From a virus (Duplodnaviria; Caudoviricetes): a DNA stretch of 64,000 bases. The stretch lies in IMG/VR virus record IMGVR_UViG_3300021255_002536, positions 1 through 64,000 of that record, one strand, 5' to 3'. A program made the translations under genes and the position numbers. This document shows, piece after piece, positions 19,101 to 26,964 of the stretch (within the stretch, counting starts at the first letter, position 1; the number at the start of each line of letters is the position of its first letter). The notes below the pieces were generated by a model. That model was not told the DNA's origin and ran no database searches. It saw only the letters and a list, made by a program, of their open reading frames with translations.

Positions 19101-19351
19101 GCCGTAGCAGCCGTGACATAGACAGGATCGGTACCGGCAGGCACTTTATTCAGCGTCCAACCTGAAGGTGTAGAGCTGAGTGACTGACTGGCAAAGTTAT
19201 AGGTCAGCGCATAGTTCCAGTCTATCGCCGTGATGGGAGTGGCACTACGCTTGAATAAGAAGAGGGTCGCGGTGTTACCACCTGGCGTACCATCGTCACC
19301 CTGCTTGATAGCAGTGAGGGAAAAAGTGTTTGATATGACTGGTTTTGACAT
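16148..19351 (-). CDS. Large tail fibre/adhesin with carbohydrate-binding-like domain
   Basis: 1067 aa, S/T/G-rich; GKYLWTRT repeat; NLL...WYTFSFYVKG...W.RHSVTF...PKLE CBM-like module. Confidence 0.75.
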   Translation of the reverse strand: MSKPVISNTFSLTAIKQGDDGTPGGNTATLFLFKRSATPITAIDWNYALTYNFASQSLSSTPSGWTLNKVPAGTDPVYVTAATAYSTETSDTIAASEWSTPVLYTGNTNAATIFLFKRSATAITAHGITSDNVYYKFADGKLYNGTGSSATVITDLNGWKRNIPTDDGKPCYVIQATAIGTGTHDQILHTEWSSVSKLVEDGVSISSADIMFVLSDSGSTAPADDAGWKTDFVDLDIKSANASKYVWQATKMVFSNKTTKYTGKQCLGKVSDFASITEQYALGTASAATGTWQDNTPPAAEKGKYLWTRTKLTYSGGGSTYIPSEAGQCIGYYGSDGNIGYSIALTLIRNNLYTDADWNTYAELGHSETYSKRTGDSDFAACRVGDYFLVSGTSSDSGISHTAIYKCTSVSANSITGTCVSHTHDGEEGDEGNGIKTVSLYRMFTPTFSAPSSSDSSWASYTDGNTTYVPEKLSSQSNPPKNYLWEKKVTSYTKTNSTTVEIKLVAQIDMGVCANLLQDTAFASDGQMEAWTVRNQYSPVSGQSTPAESGAGEIKTNVTLDGQNSYYDKTAYGTDKLTYKEILQQIIYQTASDGIKKITTSQWYTFSFYVKGYTSGYGNLITYIYPSCIDTNQAFYIDGVLQSSTPSDGAVNWKVKITTSWVRHSVTFRTKSSISAEQKVLFRLSPESSNTSYNQVWLCMPKLERNSMATEWIENSDDRMADDIQHVYVGNWVSGTTYYYGGGTGVRHVVRAKESASGSMTYWRMKKRTSSAGYTSTTQPYNDTSHWEKANYLKFVATDLLLAEEIIVENLIPTQIHSKNNTFVIDAEGNITGNAGTFNNITVQSGTIAGFKVSGTGLTNDPFTNDAYIIFRNDARKAFAGIGGNVLPAASGLRAVARFENEDQNNYWGLGANYAMILSAKNADRNYAYAGTGHGVLNGHIVGHQLNDFTPSSSVNTIDPNKGKYVLVRGTYGTCYLPTLSTCRTFLGVSDSTKFAFDLYIVGASGASFTLYGYRSSSYGASCPHMRNPDSDQDMTGGLGMAQADTCHVLITYDGTNFYAYIMGHLD

Positions 19352-19378
19352 ATACTCTATAGGAAAAAGTGAATAATG

Positions 19379-20488
19379 TTACTGTGCGGTTACGATACCG
19401 TTGATCTTATAGCCATTGGCAGCGATGAACTGATAGGTGACATCCATCGTGGCCTTGTTGTTGGCGACGGTTATCGTGGGCAGACCGGTGGTAATCTCCT
19501 GCTGGTTGCCATCATAGAACTGCACCGTGAAGTTCGTATAGGCTGTATTGATAGCCGTAGGATCTTCCATCGTAGCCACCCACATGGTGACAGTACACGT
19601 CTCACCACTATCCAACTGTCCGCTGTTATCTCCGTCAGAGCCATTGAAACTGACATAGAGGTATTCAGGATCGGTGGTATCGTCGATAGAGGCAAAGGCC
19701 GACGTGATACGGTTCTGCATGGCGCTGTCAATGAAGAAGTCACAACGGATGATCAGGTTGTCAGTAACATCGGCCTCTGTAATAGTGACAGACTTTGCGC
19801 CAGAGGCGACGGTAATCTGCTGACCTGTACCAGCGTTAAAGAACTTCACATAATAGGTGCTTACGGCAGTACCATCCTCACCATATAGTTCGGCATTGAT
19901 GGTAACACTGCTACCAGCTCCGCTCTTGGCAGAAATTATAGCACTCTCAGGCGACAGCAAACCGAGATAACCCTGTGTGGTCATCTGGGCAATCTTCACG
20001 TCGAGCGAGCAACGTGGGAAGTCCACGAACTTACCGTTAAGCTCTACCTGACCCTCATAGCCGATGGTATCGACATCGAGATTGGTAGGAGAGGCGAGGT
20101 TAGAAATAATAGTCAGGCAGGGGACAGTATAAGAGTCGCCAGCGAGAGGAACCGTCATCGTGCCTTCCTCAAAGAGCGGATGATTGTCTGCATCCTTGAA
20201 GTTGGTGGACTGATGGGTCTCACTGTCGAAGATAATCTCCGCATCGTTATAGAACCACTTACCGGCATGGATGGCAGCAGCACCGATATAGACACCACCC
20301 TTACGAATGACTGGATAGAGCTTCGGACGTTTGGCGGGGGTAGCGTACCAGTCGGGAATGCACTTGCCAGTACCAGCAGAGTAATTCTGCGACAATGTGC
20401 CTGCAACACGCAGAGAGCCTTGAATAGTCAAACCGTTCTGAAGGGCCGTGAGCGTGAAATGATTGGATATTGTGTTTGGAGTAGGCAT
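19379..20488 (-). CDS. Tail-fibre-associated structural protein
   Basis: Beta-rich 369 aa; L.Q.Y....G..IPDW.....P motif; N-terminus resembles that of the fibre (ISNHFTLTA vs ISNTFSLTA). Confidence 0.6.
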   Translation of the reverse strand: MPTPNTISNHFTLTALQNGLTIQGSLRVAGTLSQNYSAGTGKCIPDWYATPAKRPKLYPVIRKGGVYIGAAAIHAGKWFYNDAEIIFDSETHQSTNFKDADNHPLFEEGTMTVPLAGDSYTVPCLTIISNLASPTNLDVDTIGYEGQVELNGKFVDFPRCSLDVKIAQMTTQGYLGLLSPESAIISAKSGAGSSVTINAELYGEDGTAVSTYYVKFFNAGTGQQITVASGAKSVTITEADVTDNLIIRCDFFIDSAMQNRITSAFASIDDTTDPEYLYVSFNGSDGDNSGQLDSGETCTVTMWVATMEDPTAINTAYTNFTVQFYDGNQQEITTGLPTITVANNKATMDVTYQFIAANGYKINGIVTAQ

Positions 20489-20512
20489 AAGTTACAAATT
20501 GAGAATTGAGAA

Positions 20513-21019
20513 TTAAAAATTGAAAATCAGACTACCATAGAGGGAGGCATAGCAGATGGCTTCGCTGATAAATACGGCCTTATGGTCGTACCAACGGGGA
20601 CTGTCGCCAGCCGCGATACCGTCGAGCAAGCACCACACCAACAGCAGCCAGAGCGCGAGGAACCAGGGGCAGATAAAAAGTACACACACCTGCGATAGGA
20701 TGCCAGCAGCGATGGCCAATGCGTAGTGGGTACGAATCTGATCCTTCAGGAACAACGGCATAGCACCCGTGAAGGCAAGACATGCCATCGTAAAGAATCC
20801 GAACACCTCCAGGCTTTTCGCGCTAAGAGCCTCGATAGCAGGGATGCACGTCAGCAGCGCCACCGCCCAAAGCCATACCGTCCACAGCCAGCGCCACCCA
20901 CCTTCGGGCAGCACATAGACCATCGACGATATGCTATCGGGCAATGCACCAAGCCTCCATGTGGCCACGCCCACGTAGAGCGTGACCAACAGGAGAGACA
21001 GTATCAGCAGCGTTACCAT
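20513..21019 (-). CDS. Multi-pass membrane protein
   Basis: Five or six hydrophobic helices; P.SIS..Y motif. Confidence 0.7.
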   Translation of the reverse strand: MVTLLILSLLLVTLYVGVATWRLGALPDSISSMVYVLPEGGWRWLWTVWLWAVALLTCIPAIEALSAKSLEVFGFFTMACLAFTGAMPLFLKDQIRTHYALAIAAGILSQVCVLFICPWFLALWLLLVWCLLDGIAAGDSPRWYDHKAVFISEAICYASLYGSLIFNF

Positions 21020-21022
21020 GGT

Positions 21023-21559
21023 TTACTCGCCGGTTTCGTCAGTAGCAAACAGCGCCTCGTAAGGAGCCCAATCAATAGCATCCTTCTGCTGCCAGCCCTC
21101 AGTGAGGCACTGGTTGATGAAGGCAAATGCCGACATGTAGAAGGCATTCAGCTCTTCGATGGTCTGGAAAGTGTGATAGACGGGAGTACCATCCTCTGCC
21201 TCGCCGAGCTTGAAAGTCAGCGGCAGGATTTCAGCGTTGCCAGAAGCGATGCGCTGTGCCTCAGAGAAGTTGCGCTGGTTCTCGTTAGAGAGCCACACAT
21301 TGATGGCGTTACCACCTTCAGGAGTCCATACGAAGCCTGACAGGATCTTTTCGTCGGTATGGGCGTTGATGTCACCCAAGATTGCCTCCTTCACGTCGGC
21401 CAGAGTAAGGGCGTTGCGCTGCTTCTTATACAGATGCACCTCAAACCACTCATAGAGATCCTTACTGAGCTTGGTCAGACCATAGCTGATAATGATACGA
21501 CTGGCATCCTCGCGTACTGGCGAGAAATCTGCCTTTGTTCCAGAATACTTGTTGTTCAT
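21023..21559 (-). CDS. DUF4376-like tail-fibre-associated protein
   Basis: IN..TDEKILSGFVW...VWLS.ENQ.NF...GW..KD.IDW..Y. Confidence 0.6.
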   Translation of the reverse strand: MNNKYSGTKADFSPVREDASRIIISYGLTKLSKDLYEWFEVHLYKKQRNALTLADVKEAILGDINAHTDEKILSGFVWTPEGGNAINVWLSNENQRNFSEAQRIASGNAEILPLTFKLGEAEDGTPVYHTFQTIEELNAFYMSAFAFINQCLTEGWQQKDAIDWAPYEALFATDETGE

Positions 21560-21596
21560 AATCGTAATTTTTTAAAAGGGTTATTATTATTGTGAA

Positions 21597-22775
21597 TTAA
21601 AAATCATACAGTTCGAATTTAGTCACGGCGCTGTCAAAACGTCCGACAGAGAGGAATTTCGGTGTAAGGAACAGTTGGCACCGGATATTGAAAGAGGCAT
21701 AGTGCGAGAGAATACCCAGGAATGAATTGACGGAGTGGAATACCGCCTCCTTATCCTTCATATCCAAATCGTTGATGTTCCTGATCATCCGATTCAATGA
21801 AGCATTACTGATATAGGTCACGTCGGGTTTGATGAATGCACCCAGAAACTCCACGCCATGACGGGCATCGTGGATTTGTATCTTTCCCTGATTCAGTTCC
21901 AGTCCGAGCTCTTCACCAAGGAAATCCTCGATGGAAGGAATCAGCGCATTCAGACGGGCCTTGCTCTCATCGACCACAAAAGAGTCATCGACATATCGGC
22001 CATAGTGCTCACAGTGCAACACACGCTTCATAAACTGGTCGAATGGATTCAGATTGACATTCGAGAAAAGTTGTGAGGTAAGATTACCGATAGGCAGTCC
22101 GCGACCGTCGATGGTGTAGAAAAGGCTCTTTGCATGGTCGAGACCATCCCAATCGTGTACCGAGCCAGCGATACGGCAATTCTCCTTCGGATTAAGCAAG
22201 GCGATCTCGCTGGTCAGCCAAAGTGCGAAGTCAACATCTATCACGTCACCCCATGTACGGGCCACACTTCCTGCACGACGTACCGACATTTTCTTAATGG
22301 AGTCGCAGGCGATGTCTGCCAGACGCTTACGGTCGATGTGCATAAAGTAGCCGCGCTTATCGAGTTTCAGCACATGGCAGTGTCTCTGGTAGCCGTGACT
22401 ACACTTGCGGATGTGCTTCTTCAGCCGCTCAATGCCGAAATGGGTACCACGTCCAGGAATGCAGGAATAGCAGTCGGCAATCAGGGTGCGCTCGTAGAGC
22501 TGATGCAGCATGTTATAGTAGAGGTGATGCACTACACGATCACGGAACTGTGCTGCGAAAACCTCACGCTTCTTTGGATGCTCAACGATGAAACAGGTAG
22601 AGGGTTCGGGTATGTAATTACGATTCCATAAATCATCACAAAGGCTGTCAAGATTCTCATCCAGACGTTTTGCAAACTTCACCACATACGGTTTCTTACT
22701 CTTGTGCTGCTTTGCGCAGACAAAAGCCGAATGCAGTTCCAGTCTTAAATGATCCTTTGTTAAATGATATGCCAT
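21597..22775 (-). CDS. DGR reverse transcriptase
   Basis: PKKRE.FA..FRDRVVHH, GLPIGNLTSQ (DGR-type SQ), RYVDD and G.EFLG motifs; no intron X/En domain. Confidence 0.95.
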   Translation of the reverse strand: MAYHLTKDHLRLELHSAFVCAKQHKSKKPYVVKFAKRLDENLDSLCDDLWNRNYIPEPSTCFIVEHPKKREVFAAQFRDRVVHHLYYNMLHQLYERTLIADCYSCIPGRGTHFGIERLKKHIRKCSHGYQRHCHVLKLDKRGYFMHIDRKRLADIACDSIKKMSVRRAGSVARTWGDVIDVDFALWLTSEIALLNPKENCRIAGSVHDWDGLDHAKSLFYTIDGRGLPIGNLTSQLFSNVNLNPFDQFMKRVLHCEHYGRYVDDSFVVDESKARLNALIPSIEDFLGEELGLELNQGKIQIHDARHGVEFLGAFIKPDVTYISNASLNRMIRNINDLDMKDKEAVFHSVNSFLGILSHYASFNIRCQLFLTPKFLSVGRFDSAVTKFELYDF

Positions 22776-22822
22776 ATTACATTTTGTTTTTCTCTTTTTG
22801 TTTCATACTGTAAGCCGATAAG

Positions 22823-23009
22823 TACTGAACGGGACGAACAGAGAAGCCGTTGAAACGGTTGTTGTTGTTCTGTGGATTGACACCACCCGAATTGAAGTTG
22901 AGGTTGCGCCCGTTCGTAGCCGAATTGAGTGACGACGACCAGTAGTTGCCGTTCGTGCCGCGATTATTCCACGACAATCCATTCCCGTTGCCGGAGGCGG
23001 GGAAGAACA
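22823..23009 (-). repeat. DGR template repeat (TR)
   Basis: Aligns gap-free with 23937-24123; carries 17 AAY codons. Confidence 0.95.
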
Positions 23010-23219
23010 TCCCGAACTCCAACCGAAAAGTCAGTTATCACCTGCCTAACGTAAGGAAAGAACCGGCGCTGACTGATCAGTGGAGCGGAGCCATCCTATG
23101 TTTTTCCTAAATTTTTCCACCACCCCAAAGGGTGACAGACGGATAACCTATGAATTTAGGGGCGAACAGTAATTAAGTCAAAGAACGAACCGCCAAAGCG
23201 AGAGGTTTATATCACAACA

Positions 23220-23795
23220 CTATAGTAAGCTCACAACCTTACGTTTCATGCTTCTAATAAATTCTATATTCTGTTCGGCTGTACTGGATTCCAGTGGATA
23301 GCCGAGAACTTCAGAGACGATAGAGAACAGACCACTACGTGCTAACATCGTTTGCGGGCTTGCGCCCTGCGTGATACGGTTTCGATTGGCAGCCTGCTCA
23401 TGCAGAGGACATGAAGCCTTCCAGTCGTTAAAAGCCTTATTCAAGGCCCCACCGGTGGCATCCTCTCCGAACATGTTGATATCAATGGTAATCACGAGAT
23501 TGTTACCATCCAAACTATCCATGCTCTTATATGCCGGAACGAACTTAGAAAGAGACTCTACTGGAAATCCTACAAGTACATACTCACCATTCTTTCCGTT
23601 ATATCTTTCTGACTTGATGATATCCTTATCTCCGCGACCACGCTGAAACTCCTCAGTACATACATATTTCTTTATCAGGAAGGCACTCACCTCGAAAGCA
23701 TGATAGAACTTTCCTTCCTTATAAAGGAATATCTTTGAGAAGTCATCCACTGAGTTGCGGACTTTCTCTTTTTCTAACTTTTCATTCAGATTCAT
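23220..23795 (-). CDS. MutS-N-terminal-like (MSL) DGR accessory protein
   Basis: IFLYKEGKFYHAFEVSA and VGFPVESLSKF resemble MutS domain I (G.FYE...A; .G.P...L..Y); sits in the Avd position. Confidence 0.75.
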   Translation of the reverse strand: MNLNEKLEKEKVRNSVDDFSKIFLYKEGKFYHAFEVSAFLIKKYVCTEEFQRGRGDKDIIKSERYNGKNGEYVLVGFPVESLSKFVPAYKSMDSLDGNNLVITIDINMFGEDATGGALNKAFNDWKASCPLHEQAANRNRITQGASPQTMLARSGLFSIVSEVLGYPLESSTAEQNIEFIRSMKRKVVSLL

Positions 23796-23837
23796 ATTTT
23801 TTACCAAACAATTTAAATTAAACCGATAATCTTAGTA

Positions 23838-23922
23838 TCTCTGCCATCCGTTTCCCTCGCCTGTGTCGCGCCGCCTTTCGGCGGCTGTAAGCGACACAAG
23901 CAGGGCAAACGGGTGTCAGAGA
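23838..23922 (-). promoter_or_regulatory. Long hairpin/cruciform 3' of VR with GCCGCC-GAAA-GGCGGC core
   Basis: Core 23870-23885; arms extend through TGTGTCGC/GCGACACA, CCCT/AGGG, CCGTTT/AAACGG and TCTCTG/CAGAGA. Confidence 0.8.
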
Positions 23923-23935
23923 GTGCGCCCCTAAA

Positions 23936-24994
23936 TTACTGAACGGGACGAACAGAGAAGCCGTAGAAACGGTCGTAGATGCTCTGTGGATAGACACCAC
24001 CCGAATCGAAGTAGAGGTAGCGCCCGAGCGAAGCCGAATAGAGCGACGACGACCAGTAGATGCCGCTCGTGCCGCGACTATTCCACGACAATCCATTCCC
24101 GTAGCCGGAGGCGGGGAAGAACAAAATCTTTCCATTCAACTTCGACTTAATGCGCAATCCCGTGATACCATTCACTGTTGTACGTTTATCAGTCGTAGCG
24201 GCATCGATAGTGGCACCCGAAGCATCGATATAGTCGATGTTGTCGAACAGCTCTTTAAACTCGTTGGTGGTCGGCATACGCCATGGTGCTCCCAGGTTCA
24301 CACGGGCTGCATCAAACGACGGGCTAATGTGACCGGTCAACGTTGCGCCAGGAGTGTTGGCATAGGGGCCATCGTTGGCAGAGCCAAAGTCATAGTCGAA
24401 GGCACTGTTGCTGATTGGGTTGTGTCCCTGAGTGTTACCCCAAGAGAAGAAACTGCACTCATACTGGAACTCAGAAGCAGCGAAATGGTCGGCCTGAGAG
24501 AGGTCGATGTTCTTCTTAGCCCAAAGCAATCCGCTGGGCAGACCCATATCCACATACAGCTCATCGTCGCCACCACTCTGTTCGAGACCCATCAGCGATA
24601 CGATATTGTAGTGTGTGCCATCATACTGAAGCAGGGCTGTCATACCTGGGCGAATAACGCCTGGCTGAAGGGCTGCATCATCGATATACAATGGCTTGGC
24701 ACCCGTAGAACTGATGTTCAAGGTAGCATCGGCCACCTTCACTGCATTGGTGAAGCGGATAGCCACAAAGCTATTCTTGATCAGCAAGAAATTAGAGATT
24801 GTAGCCGTCTTTGCTGCTGTTGTGGCAGCCGTCGAGCAAGTACCCTTGGCAAAACCAGCCTTGGCCATGTCGGAGAAAAGTCCGAGGTTGCCAATCTCGC
24901 TGGGCAATGCCTCATACACATTGTTGTTACTGGTGATGGCCAGGATCTTGGCAATGGTTTCACCAGAAGCAAGAGAGGTTTTTGATTTAATCAT
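23936..24994 (-). CDS. DGR target protein, probable receptor-binding protein with C-terminal CLec-type domain
   Basis: YVDMGLPSGLLWA, WRMPT..E..EL, FFPASG, YWSSS and GFSVRPV motifs; VR encodes the C-terminus. Confidence 0.9.
   Translation of the reverse strand: MIKSKTSLASGETIAKILAITSNNNVYEALPSEIGNLGLFSDMAKAGFAKGTCSTAATTAAKTATISNFLLIKNSFVAIRFTNAVKVADATLNISSTGAKPLYIDDAALQPGVIRPGMTALLQYDGTHYNIVSLMGLEQSGGDDELYVDMGLPSGLLWAKKNIDLSQADHFAASEFQYECSFFSWGNTQGHNPISNSAFDYDFGSANDGPYANTPGATLTGHISPSFDAARVNLGAPWRMPTTNEFKELFDNIDYIDASGATIDAATTDKRTTVNGITGLRIKSKLNGKILFFPASGYGNGLSWNSRGTSGIYWSSSLYSASLGRYLYFDSGGVYPQSIYDRFYGFSVRPVQ
23937..24123 (-). repeat. DGR variable repeat (VR)
   Basis: 18 mismatches to TR, all at TR adenines (11 A>T, 6 A>G, 1 A>C by manual alignment). 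Confidence 0.95.
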
Positions 24995-25020
24995 AATACT
25001 ATTTTTTAATGAGTTAATAA

Positions 25021-26208
25021 CTATGTACGGATGGCGAATGTCTCACCAAAGGAAAGTTCGATGAGCTCACCACTGTCACGGAACGATACACCGTCGTAAA
25101 CGCCACGCATGCCTACATTCGGGTCAGGAATGAACTTCTGACCGATCTCGCTATAAAGCATCGAGTGAGGTATCTTCACCTCCACGTCGGCACAGCCTAC
25201 GTTGGTAGGAGCAAGCTGAGATCCCTGTCGGCGTACCTGCCAGTTGCACAACAGCCAATGGCGCTGCATAGCCAGCGACATATCATCATGCTTAGGCACA
25301 TGCACCAAGAGACCGAACTTCATACTACCTTCCTCCGGACTCACACGGTTGCCACCATAGCTGACCACCTGCGGCTGGATCTTCGGCCAGCGCCATGCGA
25401 TGCTTGCCGTAGCCTCATTTGGTTTGTCAGGAGCGGCAGTAGAAGTACCGCTGCCTACACCAATGCGGGCGCGAACCATCAGATTATCCACATAGTCGAT
25501 ATCTATGCGAAGCGTCTTACCATTCTTACCTGACACATACCACAGACAGTTACCATCAATAGTTTTCCACGTCTGGCCCATATTGTCGGAGTAGTCCCAG
25601 AACCAAGCCACCTGGTTAGACTTATCGGCATTACCCAGACGGGCTTCAGCCTCGAAGTCGTAAAGGGTCGTCGGTGCATAGAGCGGGAAATGCTTGCGCG
25701 TGCGGTCAGACAGAATATTGATAGCCCACTGCTCATCAGCAAAGAGCACAGCGTTTAACGCGATGCTGTCGGAGAGTGTGACGGGCTGGTTATTACGGGG
25801 GTCGGTAAAGCGTACATCACAGGTAATGTTGGCACCCGTCAGATGCGTGTAGTTCTTACGGACATAGAGCAAATCATCCACCAGATAGAAGTCAGCCGTC
25901 GGATCCTCGCTCATCACCTGCACATCATCGACAAACCAGTAAATCTGAGGAGATAAATCCTCCATCGTTACCTGATTGTCGGGATCCTGCACAGAGTAGT
26001 CCATACACAGGCGCAGCGGGCCTTCCTTCTGTGAACCGTCGGTATTCCAGGCTATCGCAGCACTATGGTTTGGTTTCCACTCATTTGCCGTCTGACGATA
26101 GAACTGAGTAGTGGAATATCCACCCAGCGCCACAATTTTCCGTGTCGTATTCAACGGACGGAAAATGGTCGAGACGGTCAACGGTTGCGAGTTATTGACT
26201 TTCTTCAT
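25021..26208 (-). CDS. Tail-fibre-associated structural protein (Ig-like)
   Basis: Beta-rich 395 aa upstream of the DGR target. Confidence 0.55.
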   Translation of the reverse strand: MKKVNNSQPLTVSTIFRPLNTTRKIVALGGYSTTQFYRQTANEWKPNHSAAIAWNTDGSQKEGPLRLCMDYSVQDPDNQVTMEDLSPQIYWFVDDVQVMSEDPTADFYLVDDLLYVRKNYTHLTGANITCDVRFTDPRNNQPVTLSDSIALNAVLFADEQWAINILSDRTRKHFPLYAPTTLYDFEAEARLGNADKSNQVAWFWDYSDNMGQTWKTIDGNCLWYVSGKNGKTLRIDIDYVDNLMVRARIGVGSGTSTAAPDKPNEATASIAWRWPKIQPQVVSYGGNRVSPEEGSMKFGLLVHVPKHDDMSLAMQRHWLLCNWQVRRQGSQLAPTNVGCADVEVKIPHSMLYSEIGQKFIPDPNVGMRGVYDGVSFRDSGELIELSFGETFAIRT

Positions 26209-26224
26209 AGGTCAGCGATTCTGT

Positions 26225-26587
26225 TTAAGCCGGTTTGTCGCGGGCGATGAGATCGTAGGTCAACAGTTCCTCAATCACATACTGCACAATCTCCAACGGC
26301 GTGATACTACATGGCTGTCCGTTGGTATCAATACACAAAATACGATTCACGAGAGCCGCGTTATGCGTCTGAGGACTGGCTGGGCCTGTTGCAGCCGCGA
26401 TAGCCTCACTCAGATCATAATGCAAGTTCCACCACTCGGTATCGGTCACAGCGTGTCCGATATTGTTGGGCTTCTTCGATTCATACAATGCAGGGCCCTG
26501 CTGCACGATATCGAGGATATCATACTGCTGGGAAGCACTGTAGGCACCCTTGCTTTTCTGTAAGATTCTTGCGATGTTTAAAGGCAT
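26225..26587 (-). CDS. Small virion protein with ChtBD3/CBM5-12-like module
   Basis: KGAYSASQQY..LDIV.....Y.S...N.G...TD..WW. Confidence 0.55.
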   Translation of the reverse strand: MPLNIARILQKSKGAYSASQQYDILDIVQQGPALYESKKPNNIGHAVTDTEWWNLHYDLSEAIAAATGPASPQTHNAALVNRILCIDTNGQPCSITPLEIVQYVIEELLTYDLIARDKPA

Positions 26588-26599
26588 ATCATTATCATT

Positions 26600-26866
26600 T
26601 TAAGAGTTTCCACTTGCAGGTGCGGGCGTGAAGGTCAAGTAACCTGTCTCGTAATCCACACCGAATGTACCATTAACAGAGCCGGTCTGCACGAGCATGC
26701 CGGTATCATAGTCAACAGACAGCATGAAACTACCGTCGTCGGCCTCCAGTTGGGTCACGCGGTCGCTCAATGCTGCATGTGCGACATTAGTAGCGAACTT
26801 GGCCACGGCCAGTACTGACATCTTCTTCAGCAACAGACCAAGTGGACTTAATTTCTTCTTTGCCAT
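26600..26866 (-). CDS. Small hypothetical virion protein
   Basis: 88 aa; internal VDYDTG/VDYETG repeat. Confidence 0.65.
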   Translation of the reverse strand: MAKKKLSPLGLLLKKMSVLAVAKFATNVAHAALSDRVTQLEADDGSFMLSVDYDTGMLVQTGSVNGTFGVDYETGYLTFTPAPASGNS

Positions 26867-26964
26867 AGTTTCTTTCTTTTTGCATTACAGCAAACGACTT
26901 TCGGTAGGCGAGGGTGCCAGGATAACAAGGAACACCCTCGCCACCGTCAGTCATTCATCACGGA

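Larger units (their letters stand above)
21597..24994 (-). mobile_element. Diversity-generating retroelement: target(VR) - hairpin - MutS-like accessory - TR - RT
   Basis: RT plus a 187-bp TR/VR pair with adenine-only mismatches. Confidence 0.97.

Noticed and set aside
16148-21559. Second DGR target among nearby tail genes
   Set aside because: No further TR-like sequence was seen by eye; a BLASTn of TR against the full genome would settle it.
21597-22775. Group II intron, retron or Abi RT
   Set aside because: SQ motif, no maturase/endonuclease domain, and an adenine-specific TR/VR pair identify it as a DGR RT.
22777-23022. 81-aa Asn-rich ORF as a protein gene
   Set aside because: It is the translation of the template repeat.
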